This document shows positions 49,301 to 61,306 of a stretch of DNA of 64,000 bases, in pieces. Position 1 is the first letter of the stretch; every line of letters begins with the position of its first letter. The stretch covers positions 45,021-109,020 of the forward strand of contig DF237247.1 in assembly GCA_000708835.1 (NCBI GenBank), given 5' to 3'. Source of the DNA: Klebsormidium nitens (taxonomy: Eukaryota > Plantae > Klebsormidiophyceae). A program made the position numbers and the translations under genes. A model generated the notes under the pieces. It did not search any database, was not told the DNA's origin, and was given only the letters and a program-made list of their open reading frames with translations.

Positions 49301-52300
49301 TATTGAGCTGCGGTCGCTTATGAGCTATCTACTCTCCAGACTTTAGAGCCCCTTCAACTGCGGGGACCGTTTATATGCTCGTTTCTTCGCACATGCCTCC
49401 GGCCGCTGATAAGCTATCGTCTTTTTCGACTCTCAGAGCCGCTTCAGCTGCGGGAGTTGACCATAAGCGGAGAGCCAGTGGAAGGAGAGAAGCTGACGGC
49501 AGTCCCGGTGCTGCCAACCGAGCGGGAAGAGTGGGACAAGTTCAAAAAGGATGTCGTCTTCCAATGGTAAGAACAGGTGTCAATTGTTGCGATCTGACAC
49601 CCTGGAGGACTCTCATATTGCTCGCTTTTGAAGCACGCAAAACACTATTGGATTTCATTGGTGTGTTTGATGTTTTAATCTGATCGATTCAATACATCAG
49701 CGAACTGATGGACTGCATTGATTTGGGTGACGTACAGCTGTGAGAAAAGTACAGCTGTGAGAGAAGTGCAGCTGTGCTCCAGACGGGTTTCAGAGGACTG
49801 CTCAAGTTCCGTTGTTTCTCAAAGTTCCACTTTTGTCGGTTTTAAGGAGTTCCGATCGATACTGGATTTCAGCTCTGTCCCTGCAAACTAGAAATGGAAA
49901 CGTAGAGGAACGAAAATGGCGCCCAGCAATCATGGGCCAAACCGAAGGAACGTCTGCTAGAGAAGCAAGACAAATGAAGGAACGTCATCTCACAGAAGTA
50001 AGACAACCGAAGCAAAAGCACCTCTCGGTCTTGTCAATAAGCTGACGTCACCTCCGCCCTTCAGGTATCGCTCCGCTGCGATCGGGAGCGGCAACTTCGA
50101 TTCTCTGGCCGGCGAGACGTCTAGTTCTTACTCCCCGACCTTCGACGATATTGGACGACGAATCAAGTGCGAGTGCTGTGTGGTCGACAAACTGGACCGG
50201 ACGTCGGGCGCGGTGGCTGCCATTACTGAGCCCGTCGAAGCAGGTTGGTCTTTCTAAGATTCCGCGTGCATGCCTCTTCTCCTCGTTTCCTCCCGCACCG
50301 AAAGCAGGGTCTCTTCCATGCGGCCAGAAATGCTTTTGTTCCCTTCCCTTTTTTCTCGGAGTGTCTACAAATGCCTGCCCTCTTCTCCGTTTTTTTAGGG
50401 AGTAGGATAATAAGATATGTCGTTTCTCCCGTTTCCTTGTCCTCCTTTTCCGTCCTTGCGTCCTTCTCTAAGCAGAGGAACGACGAGTCACAGAGCTGCC
50501 GACAAGAGGTCTAATGAAAGACCTCACCAACCCTCTTACGAAAGCGTTTCTGCAAATCCATTTGTCATGCCCTAGGTTTGCATGTATTTAGTATGTATGC
50601 TTGCATTACTCAGAAGCAAAAGGTACAACAAAGTCTTCAAATCACTCGAGAAGCAGCATTTCGTCGGTTTGTCTCCTCTGAAGCAAACGCCTATCGCTTG
50701 TTCAAATTATTCCACCAGCCACCTGCGATCTGATTCAAGTCGACGACTCGACAGATTGTATGTGCTTGCCTCGCATTGAAGTTTCGCTTATCGTCGTCGT
50801 GTGTAGCTTCTCCCTCCATACGAGACGTCGGATTCGACGGCAAGCACATGGCGGGGAGCACGATCCGGGGCATCGGTTCGTACTTTGGGGGAAAACAAGG
50901 CGCCAGCCGATACGAGTGGTTCAGAGAAAACATTCGGACGGGGTGAGTGGCTGGTTAACGGCAACCATAGATGGATGGTATTTGCTTCAGATAAGCGTAT
51001 TGCTTTTGTGGAACGCACGAGACTCGGGTGGCAGGCAGGAAGTAACGTTTGTGAATGACAGAGGTGCTTCGATTGTAGTCGGCTTGTAGATTTGTCTTCT
51101 TTTGAGATAACCCCTCGGAAAGCCTGACCTTTTGAGTCCTGGTCTGGCTGCCGTGTGCTTCAAGTCCGAGCTCCTAAAATGCCCCTTCTCCTCGGCAGCG
51201 TCTCTATTCCCACGATCTCACAAAACCAAAAACTATATCCGTTACAGACTTTCGTGAATATCCTTTGCGCATGCGCTGCACAACCTTGCTGAGGAAGTCC
51301 CGCTCTTTGCGTTTCAGCCATTCGCTCCTGAATCGGCGCTCCTCAAACGCTTCCGTTTTCAGATAATAGTCGTCGTCTTTAAACCTTTGCTTTTTGCTTC
51401 TGCAGCGAGTTCGAGCCCCTTCACGTGCCTAACAACGCCCCCGAGTATGTGCCCGGCAATGATGACGTCGGACGGCGCATCATGTTCAAGTACACGCCCA
51501 TCAACTCGTACGGAAAGGCTGGGGAGACAGTCACAGTGACGTCAGATCCCGTCAAACCAGGTGAGAAGCATCTGCGTTTCGAGCCAGAAGCGTCCTTCTC
51601 TTCGTTCTTTTTGATAACTCCAGCTTGCGCCACGTGCGGGGTGTTGGAAATTGATAGTGTTGGATAGACGTCGTTAGGGAACGGGTGGAAGTAGACTCGC
51701 TGCATGAACGAGTGTGAAAGCCAATTCGGATGATTCGAAGGGAGGCAAGGACGCAAATTTTATTAGTGCACAGATTGCTCAGCCTGGAGGATATATCTGC
51801 CAATGTTAGCTCCTGCATTCATCTTGAGCAGGTTACAAAGTACGTCAACGGCCTTTGATGGTTTACAGAAAAGGTCATTGCTTGTCGCAATTCTCGGAAT
51901 CTCCAGTAACTCGAACGGATCTTAATAGACCGCGCGTGCTCGCAAACCCGACCAGTCTGCATCTTAGTTCCTGCCAACACTGTTTCAGCTGAATCCAAAT
52001 GTAAGCCTGCCTGAAACCTCGTTTTCAAGAGTCGTCCTTCTGACTCTTCCCTAAATCCCGTTTCCGTCAGTCTCACTCTCAGATTGACCCTCCTCTCCTA
52101 ACCCAGTTTCTGCCCCTGTTTCTGCAGCACCCCCCCGTGTCGTTGATCTCTCCATCCGGGGCACTCTGACGGAGGGCAGCACAGTTACGGTGCACGCATT
52201 TTACGTGGGCGGAGGGGAGGAAGGCCTGAGCCGCATCCAGTGGTTCAAGTCGCGGTCGCCGTCCACCGGAGGAAACGACCTCGTCGAACTTGGGCCGGTG

Positions 52301-55300
52301 CAGACGAAGAGGGTAGGCAGCCTTCAGCATTTTCGACGCAGTGCTTTCGAATCACTGCCAGTAGGATCTGATTGCATGCACTCGCCGAAAAGTTTTATGC
52401 GGTTCTAAATGCGGTCGAAGAGTTCAGTGTGACCTTACAGAGTGCAGGTGTAGGGTTTTACCTCATTTAGTCAGCATCATCAAACCTCGACTGGTTGTTT
52501 GCCTTCGAGTTGCATTGCTGATTTGACCCCTTCATTTCTCTCCGTTGACAAAGGGTGAGATTCTGCTCCTACACGGCCTTATAGAGATAGTCGATTGTAG
52601 GTTTGGGGCTTCTTTCCCATTTCTTCCTCTTCAACAGAGCCACTTTTGGCCTTTTGGAATAGAGCCTTCACTTGGTAATTTCGCATCTGTACTTTGTCGT
52701 AATCTCAACCCTCCCCTTCCCTACAGGATCTCGTAGTTCCCCCCGAGGCGGTTGGTTGGTACCTCCTTGCAAACTACGTCCCCGTGCGTTCGGACGGCGA
52801 GTTCGGCGAAGCAGTCCAAGTGGTGTCCGCTCGTCCGGTGACTGGGCTTCCGCCGAAGATCACGTCGATCCAGCTGTCGGGGGCGTTTTTCGAAGGGGAA
52901 ACGCTGCGGGCAGACTACGAGTACTCGGGGGGGTACGAGGGAAACAGTGTGTATGGGTGGTACGTGCACGAGGTGAGTGGCTTGCGACTTTTGTTCTTCA
53001 GTAGCTTTTTAGGGGGGTGTACGTTTTCGGGGGGTATCGACGGAAAAAGTGTCCAGGCGTTGCTGTAAAAACCGGAGCAAGGTAGTTGGTGGGAATCTGG
53101 AATACTGATTAGAGAGGAGTGTGTTCGACTTCTCAGAAGTATCACTTTTAAGAAAAGGAACGTTTTCCTTAACCTCCTTCGCTCGAGAATCATCAAGCCC
53201 TGCTTTCTGACATCTCGCATCCTGCAGCACTAAGAATGTCTCGACGCAAAACCTGAGAGCTAACACCATCGTTCCCACGTAATGGAACAACTTCTAATGG
53301 AACAACTTCTCGTCAACCTGCTCCGTTAAAGAAGTACCAAGCCCTGGTTCTTGACTCCTCGCATCCTGAGTCTTCTTATGCAAAACCTCAGACCTGACAC
53401 CATCGTTTCCACCGTGACTGGAGCAACGTTTCTGCGCAACCTGCTCCGCTCAAGAAGCACCAAGCCCTGGTTCTTGACTCCTCGCATCCTAAATTTTTTT
53501 ACGCAAACCTCAGACCTGACACCATCGTTTTCCACCGTGTCTGCTTTTTCCAACGTTTCTGCTCAACCTGCTTCCGCTCAAGAGTCACCGGACCCTCGCT
53601 CTTGATATAGGTACCTCATCCTGAGTTTTCGTCGCAAAATTCGAAACTTGACACCATCGTTTCACCGCAGAACGAGCAAGACCCCGGGGTCCTCATCCCC
53701 GGCTCCGTCGGCCTCAAGGAGCGCCTGCTGACGAAGCGTGACGTCGGCAAGCTCGTCTCGTTCAAATGCACGCCCCGACGAGAAGAAGGTTTGGAAGGGC
53801 CCAGCAGAACGGCGATGAGTCCGGACAGGATCGCGGCAGCCCCCCCAGAATGCAAGAATCTGCGAATCGTGGGGTCGCCCGTGGAACACGGGGTGCTGCG
53901 CGCGGAGAAGGATTACGTGGGGGGGTACGAGGGGGCGTCGATCTACCGGTGGTATGTGGTAAGTGTTTTGGAGTTTTATTATTTTGAGCGTTTTCAGGGG
54001 TCTTTATATTGGTTTGTGCTTTCAGGCGTTTCGGATTCGTAGTGGACCTCCTAAGTTTGTGGATGGACTGCAGATGCTGCATCAGAGTTGGAGCAGGGGC
54101 TACGTGAATTCTCCAGTGACCTGTCACCGTGATGCAATAGTGAAGGAGTGAAGATCGTCCAATGTGGGTTGCGAGGCTTCTATATTATTTCACCTAATGC
54201 TCCCACTGCGATCTTCGTCGGCTCTTCTGGCCTAGTCCGAAACGCATCAAGCGTGCCAGAACATCTCGCTCGTAGGTGCCCCCTTGAGAAGCTGGACTGG
54301 TTCCTACCTTCTTGAACTCAAATGCCTTCTAATTTCGCGTCAACATTTCGAACAAGTGGTTCTGTCATGTCTCTGAAGAGCTCATCGAGATTGTTAGCAA
54401 AACCTCTAGAATGAGGTTTTGCAGACAGCCCAACGAGGTGCAGAAGCTCATCAAGGACTCCACAACTTCCGGCTACAAGGTGCGCTCGGAGGACATGGCT
54501 TTTAAAGACCATTTTCTGTCCAAAAGCGTAAAATCACCATTCAAAAAACTTTCAGATTTCTGATCAAGGATCGCCCCGTGCAGACCCAGCCCGGCGAGGT
54601 GCAGAAGCGCATCGAGGGCGCGACGACGTCCAGCTACAAGGTGCGCTCGGAGGACCTGGACTGCATGATCAGCGTGGCGTGCACACCGGTGCGGATCGAC
54701 GGTGTAAATGGGGACCAGGTCTGGGCCAGCCCGGTGGGACCTATCGTGGGGGGCCGGCCGTTTTTGGGGCATCTAGAGATTCAGGGGAGGGCGGTGGAAG
54801 GGGAGGTGCTCAGCGTGCACGCTGGGTACAAGGGGGGGTGAGTGGCACTCTTTCGTTTGCCCCTCGAACCGAGAGTCAGCATCCGATCGGCCAGGTTTTA
54901 TCGGATTTGTTTTGCAGGACTTGGTGTGCTGACTGGTGTGAAAGGTGGCCAGGATGGCCCGAAGGAGCTCGGTTGATACTTCCGCTTTTGGAAGAACTCC
55001 TAGGAGCATTAGCTCTGCGCCTACTGTAGTTGCTGGTCCAGAGGGAGTGCAGTACCGCATCTGTAGGACTCAAACGCAATTCATCTTTGTCTTTCTCGAT
55101 GTTATGCACAAGAATCTGAAAGATAGTGCAAGGTGGGGCAGTCTGAAGCCTGTTCAGACTCAATGTATGTGATGTTTCTTACGTCCTGTAAGGCCGTCGC
55201 TGACGTCAGTCTTGTCTGATTTCCTAACGTCACCCCATCCTGTCGCAGGGAGAAGGGCGCGTGCAACATCGTGTGGCACAGGATCGATAACAGCGGGGCC

Positions 55301-58300
55301 GAGACGGAGCTCAGTAAAGAAGGTAAGACATCGTTCTTGCCTCCCCGTTCTTGTCGTCACCTGCCTCGCTTGTGCTACCTTGTGATTCCGCTTAGTGGTT
55401 TCTCTGCCATTCGTGAGGGGTTCTGTCCGAAGTAATCCGCACTCTGATTTGCCCTTTCCCGGCGGTTCTGGTTCCTTTCTCCTGCTCGGTTGATCACTGT
55501 CGGAACCTTGTCATCCCTTCTGCGACGAAGCCAGGTCTTTTGAGGGCCACGTAGCAGAGGCATTCTCCCGAAGCTATCGTTCAGCATCCGCCGCTTTCTA
55601 CAGAGTTAGAGAGTGAAAGTCCGCTCACGATCAAGACTGGACCCGGCTCCAAAGCAACTCTACGGATTGATTCACCCCAACGAAATAATCACACCGTTTC
55701 TTCCTGTTCATCCGCAGAAACGATCACTCTAAGTACCGAGGACATAGGCTGCCGTATCCGGGCTTCGTATACCCCCATAAGGGCGGATGGCGTACAAGGA
55801 GATGAAGTATCGGCAACAACGGATGTGGTCGTAGAAGGTAAGCGCAAGACCCTGTCACTGCTGACTGCTTTTTAGCAATCCTCTTGAGATTGCGTGTATC
55901 AGCACATTTGTGACTTCGGGAATGTCTGGTTCTGAGCCGACCTCCGTATAACCTCGATTTTGGCGTCGTCAGTGGGTTGCATTTCTGCAAAGTGTTTGCA
56001 AGTGTACTGACAGCAAAAGCTGAACGATTCACACCTCTCTAGTCGAAAGTGACTGTAAAGTTATTCAGGACAGGAGCCCAAGTAAACTGTCCAGGTTTCA
56101 AAGGATGGCTACGACGTGGAGCGTCTCATCTTTGCTTGCACTATCACTCTTTCCAAGTTGCTTTGCTGCTCAGGATCTTCAGTCGGTAGACTGCTCCCAA
56201 GCAAATTACCTTCTTCGACTCAAAGGGATGCTCGATTCCCCTTGACCTCCTTCTTTGCGTGTGTTCAATGGCAAGCCAAAACCCAAAGGAATTCCCACTC
56301 TACAGAAATGGTTCTTCTTTCCTATCTTCGCAACAGCTGCCGACCTCTCAAAACGGGATTACTGTTGTTGTTTCAGGTAACCCCGTCGGCGTGAGCCTCC
56401 AGGTGCCCCCCCTCCAAGAGGGCCAAGAAGCAGCCCCCGCCTACAGCTATTCGGGGGGCATGGAAGGCTCCAGCGAATGGGGGTGGTATCGCTCAAACGA
56501 GGACCCCCAATCTTCCGGGGGGGTGTCGGCCGACGAAATGTCCATGGAACTGTTAAAAGTGGGTTCGACCCGGGTTTACAACCCCACGGTTAACGACGTC
56601 GGTCACTGGTTGCTGGTCCGGTGGACCCCGGTCCGACGAGACGGCCGGCGGGGGATCCCCCTGACTGCCACGTCAGAGGGGCCGGTCCACCCGGGCCCGC
56701 CGGAGGCGGTCAACGTAACCGTGGTGCAAACCGGGGAGCTAACCCTGCAAGGTTCGGCGGTGTACCGGGGCGGGAAGGAGGGGCTGTCGCAGTACAGCTG
56801 GCAGCGCCAGCTGGCGGACGGCACCCGGGAGCTAATCATTGGGGCGTGCGAACGAGAGTACACAGTAAGTGATGACGACTTTGGGCACGGTTTAGTTTTT
56901 GGTTACATCCCGGTTAGGGCGGATGGGGTGACGGGGATCGAAAAGTTGTCGGAACCGGCGCCGGCGATCTTGCCCCCCCTTTTGGTTGCGGTGCGCGTGG
57001 TTTTGAAGGGGAAAGCGGAGGAGCGGGAGATTTTGGGCGCGGTCGTGGAGGGTCCGGCGGACGAGCGGGGGGCGGCGCTGTGGGAGCGGTTCAAGAAGGA
57101 GGTGCAGTTCAAGTGGTGAGGAATTCTGGTTGGATTATGTTTTTGTTGAAGTTTCTTTCTGGATTGGCAGTTTCTTTTGGGTTGGCTAAGAGGCAATCTT
57201 TTAGACGTTGCTTCTTGTCTAGGGAGTCTCTGGGGCTCGCTGAAAGAAGATGCATATGAGCAATTTGGGTTGCCTTGTTCCTGCATCTCACGAACTCCTC
57301 AGGCCATTGTTTTGGACCATTGAGACCTCGAATCACAAACTTGTCTCAATCTCCTGTGAAAGGCTGTTAAGAATCACCACGGTGAACGGCATGTACGCGC
57401 CTCCTTTCGAAGCACCTGCTGCTACGCTTTCACGAACTCCTTCCACAATGCTCAAACTCACAACTTTTAACCCTCAGATCTTCGAAAACCTTTGTTGACT
57501 TGACGGCAGCAAGAGCTTGCTCCGCACCAGCACGATTTGTGGCATGTACAAGGCCGCTTTCTTGAGGAAATCCTAAAGTTTATATCGACACCCTGAACCA
57601 CCAGATTCTGAACTCAGAACCCTGAAGTATAGTGCTCACATTCCTTCCGATTTTCCAAGTCTCGCTTGAAGGACGACGGCAGCAAGAGCCTGCTCCGCAC
57701 CAGCACGATCAACGGCATGTACAAGCCTTTTCTTGAGAGCAACTTCACAAAACTTCAAAAATTGAAGACCCAATCTTGAATCCGAAGTCCCAATCCAACA
57801 CCCCAATATTTCATTTTACCTCTTTGCAGGTCGCGATTGGAAGATAACGGCAGCAAGAGTCTGCTGCGCACCAGCACGATCAACGGCATGTACAAGGCGC
57901 GCTTCGAAGACGTCGGGCGGTGCCTCGAGTGCGAGTGCAGCGTGATCGACATCTGGGGGCGCAGCTCGCCCCCGCTATCCGTCACGTCTGAGATTGTTGA
58001 GCCAGGTGAGCCCTTCCGGACGTCCGAAGCCAAGCAATTTGTAGAGTTGCAGGGTTTCGCATATCTTGGTCCTTGACCGTTTCCGAACGACTTTGAACCG
58101 TCAGATTGTCAAAGAACGCTCCGGTCTCGTGCCCCGCTGTACGTCACGTCCGACTCTTCGAGCTAGGTCAGCCCTGTCGGGCGTCCGGATATCCATACAT
58201 TCGTCAGAAAGGATGGTCGGTCACCTTGCAAGTGAAACTAAGTCAAGAGCATACAGTAGCGGGATCCATACTTCACCACGGTGGTATTCTTGAGACAAGT

Positions 58301-61300
58301 GAGGAACCCAGGCTATCTTAAGGACTGTATTGGTCGCAGTTCGGCCTTTTGGTACACAAAAGTCTCCAACAGTCCAGACACAAAAGGTTCATCGAAATTG
58401 CGCGCGTAGTCGCCTGCAGGTTTTGGTATGCTTTTGTCTTACTTCTTTTTTTACAAGTCACCAGACGCTTTAGCCGGTCAGCACAAGCTCGTCAAACGCT
58501 TCGTCGCTTTACGCTGACCGTTTGCAAAACCCTAACTCCTCAGCCCAATTTCCTTGCTGTCAGGTCTGCCCCTGGTTGAGCGCGTGCGTGTCTACGGTCG
58601 GGAGCTGCACAGCGGGCGCTTCCTGGTTAAGGGGAACTACAGCGGGGGGGTGGAAGGCGAGAGCACCTTCCAGTGGTACCGAGCAATTGCAGGGAGCTGG
58701 CAGCTGACGCCTATCCTGGGTTAGTGCATAACCCACTCTTTCCTCCACTTTTCACTTTCTCTAGGTGACTCCTTCCTTTGTTTCAACAGCATCAGGCAGT
58801 GTACCGGGCCATTGTGGGGAGCTGGCAGCTGAAGCCTAACTCGGTTAGTGCCTAACCTACTCTTCCCTTACATTGAAACCTTGGTTAGTTGACTCTGATT
58901 GATATCTACAGCATTGGGCAGAGCGCCTTCCGGTGGTACCGGGCCATTGCGGGGAGCTGGCAGTCGACTCCTAATTTGTGTTTGAGCCGAATTTACTGTC
59001 TGCTTGTTTCGACCGACAGTAACGTTTGTTCTGTGGTTTGCCTAACAAGAAGCTCGTCTCTTCCTTCGATTCGTCATCTTACATTGCCCAAGTTTTCACT
59101 GCATCAAGCGGACAACGAGGGCGCCTTCCAGTGGTCGCAAGTCACTGCGGGCGACCTCCGTCGTTGACTGAACTCCTCTTATTTTGCAGCCTTTAGTACC
59201 TGGACATGCTGTACCTAAGTATAAGAATCAGGGTTAAAGCAACGCCCGTCTTTTGGCTGGTTGTTGATACAAGATGGCAGCGGTTTCGCCCAGACATGCG
59301 TAGTCGTTTGAAGCCGCTTGAAGCTTGATGGCATAGCAACTCGAATTCCGTATCCTCACGAGCCACATGCTACGAAGCTGCAATTCAGTACCAAGTAGGG
59401 TGGGCAACCCAAGATTGAAACTTTGCCGTCCACCAAAGACCGCTGAAACCTTGAAGCTGTTTCCGCATGCCCGCTTTCCGAACGCACGACTGCATCAGGA
59501 AAATTGGGTTCAAAGAGCACCTTTTATCCTTCAGGTCCTACCTAGTCGTTCTTTAATTACTGCCTTTTCGTTCTTCAGGTACTCCCTTCCATCCTTTAGA
59601 GATTGCGGTCCGTTAGGCTCCTCGTTCTTTTTTCTCAATCTTGCATCTCTCCGGCCGCAGGCGCCAACCGGCAAAAGTACGACTCGAACGTGGACGACAT
59701 TGGGTTCATCCTCGCTGCCAAATACACCCCGGTTCGGGAGGACGGGGTGGTCGGTGAACCGGTCACCGCCCAAACAACCCCGATCGCGCTCGGTGAGTTG
59801 CACAAAGCTTCCCCTTTAGAAACATACATAGACGTTTTGTTCGGAGCAGAGCGCACTGATCTCTCAACGTGGAAGAGGTTCTCCAACGGGTCCAGTTTCT
59901 TTTTACATATGGATACAGGGAGTATTCTGACACTCTTGAATAAGGTGTAAGGTCTTGGATTGACGAAAGTAGTGCCAGATCAATTACGCTCACCTTCGAA
60001 CTATGTTTCTGAAGTGGCCCGGCCAACGGTTTGGCATGGATTCAGCTGGTACTTTTAATTTTTATCCACTCAACGATTGCTTGCCTTTGAGTGGACCGAA
60101 AACCGTTCTTTGCAGACGGTCTGCTGATTGACACCGGTTTCTGCACCCCTAATAGCTCTAATGGGTTTCCTAACCAGCCTTGCTAACCACCGCCTTTCCT
60201 GCATGCCTGCAGACCCTGACGTGGCCCGTGATGTCACCCACATCGTGGACCAGCAGGCGCACAAGTTTGACGTCATGATGGCGACGCCACAGGGCCTGCA
60301 GGCGCGCACACTGGACGCCACCAGCAAGCGGCTGAAGATCAACCGGTCGGGAACCAAAACGGGGCGGAACGTGACCGAGGTCAGTTCGTTTCTTAAACTT
60401 CGTCATTGATACAGTTTCGGCATACTCATTTCTGGCAGAGCGGGGAACTTTTGTGCAAGTTGCCTTCGAAGACCTGAACTAGCAGCCGCAATCGACTGAA
60501 CAGCACCAGCTAGGGGGAACGTGAGCGAGGTCGGTTTGTGGTTCGTTGGTTTATGTTGATAGGATAACCCCAGCTCATTCCGCTTTAACGACCAGGTACA
60601 GTGTGCAAGTTTGCCAGCAAAACCTGAGTTGGCCCAGCTTCCATGATTCGTCTTCGTGCCTTGACTTAGGCTCTTTCCCAATCTAAGAAAGAGAAACCTC
60701 GCTTTCGAGAATTCAAACAGCACCTCTTGAGTTTTGCTAGCGCCAAGATCGACAAGCGCGCCGTTCGTTGGGCCTCTACTTTTGTCGGGTTCAGTCGCAG
60801 AGGAGTGCAAAGGGTTCGGCCAGTTAGCGTCAACGGGCGCAGACTCGTGGCCAGTTCGCCATTCTATATAAGTGTACTTAGACGTCGGGGGCGGCAAAAT
60901 CGTCTCGATCATTCCAGGTAGTAAACAAAAGCCGCAGTCACATGTTAGGGAAAAGTTTCCTGGCCACAAGAAGATTCCTCAAGTGCTTTCCGCTTCTCGA
61001 ACTGGGACGCTGAACAGAGGCTGCGCGCCGAAAACTCGCGCACTCAGGCCGCACAATCGCTCATCACATTACGGCTGTTTACGAGGCCGAGACCTTAAAG
61101 CGCTTTCTCCAACTGAGTCTTTTTTGTCTGTGCAGATGAAGGCCAACTTCAAGCCGCCGTTCTGGGTGGAGATCAGTTTGAGCGACCCATACAAGGCGGT
61201 GGTAGTCTTGGAAGAAGACAAGATGGTCGAGGTCGTGCTGCCGACGCGGCACGAGCGGGATGTGTTCACGATGTCGATGCGCAAGTTTGCGCAAAAATAC

Positions 61301-61306
61301 CGATAA
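34326..61306 (+). CDS. AIR9: AIR9 microtubule-associated protein (basic Ser/Pro-rich N-terminus, LRRs, 19 A9/Ig-like repeats, conserved C-terminal domain), about 2635 aa
   Basis: 35 phase-compatible GT-AG exons: 34326-35564, 37314-37379, 37670-37735, 38250-38387, 38711-38839, 39324-39525, 39960-40310, 40718-40838, 41273-41448, 41753-41888, 42338-42810, 43372-43499, 44162-44330, 45145-45283, 45941-46255, 46883-47219, 47935-48052, 48231-48358, 48744-48912, 49437-49566, 50065-50243, 50807-50942, 51406-51560, 52128-52312, 52727-52972, 53671-53958, 54584-54837, 55249-55322, 55718-55837, 56377-57115, 57830-58005, 58564-58719, 59661-59792, 60213-60379, 61136-61306 (7908 nt). LRRs: LDLKGKRIRKL, WVNLRENKLQSLEGIDIL, LQQLFLSSNRLTTL. 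A9 motif: GGxEGxSxxxW...DVG...YTP.R.DG. The C-terminus PPFWVE...TRHERDVF...FAQKY matches my recollection of plant AIR9. Confidence 0.95.
36640..36800. repeat. Intronic ~74-bp tandem duplication
   Basis: ttgac(t/c)(t/c)gtgcacgagct...ctggcat...a(a/g)tagcacagagc.tt.aagtctgaccttttc.ccggag occurs twice in AIR9 intron 1. Confidence 0.85.
39490..39810 (+). repeat. Three tandem copies of the AIR9 exon 6 3' end and donor
   Basis: acccctgagaa....ctccag|gtag(g/a)gct with donors at 39526 (real), about 39657 and about 39777. Confidence 0.9.
46715..46920 (+). repeat. Three tandem ~80-bp copies of the AIR9 exon 16 acceptor and 5' end
   Basis: gcag|(c/t)g(c/t)gct(c/t)taccccctc(a/c)acgt at about 46725, 46803 and 46883 (real). 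Confidence 0.9.
57370..57900 (+). repeat. Tandem degenerate copies of the 5' part of AIR9 exon 31
   Basis: acggcagcaagag(c/t)(c/t)tgct(c/g)cgcaccagcacgat at about 57503, 57676 and 57847 (real), plus a weaker aacggcatgtac copy at about 57386. Confidence 0.9.
58660..59160 (+). repeat. Tandem degenerate copies of the 3' end of AIR9 exon 32
   Basis: ccttcc(a/g)gtggtacc...att(g)c.gggagctggcag at about 58665 (real), 58800 and 58927, and a weaker copy at about 59123. Confidence 0.8.
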
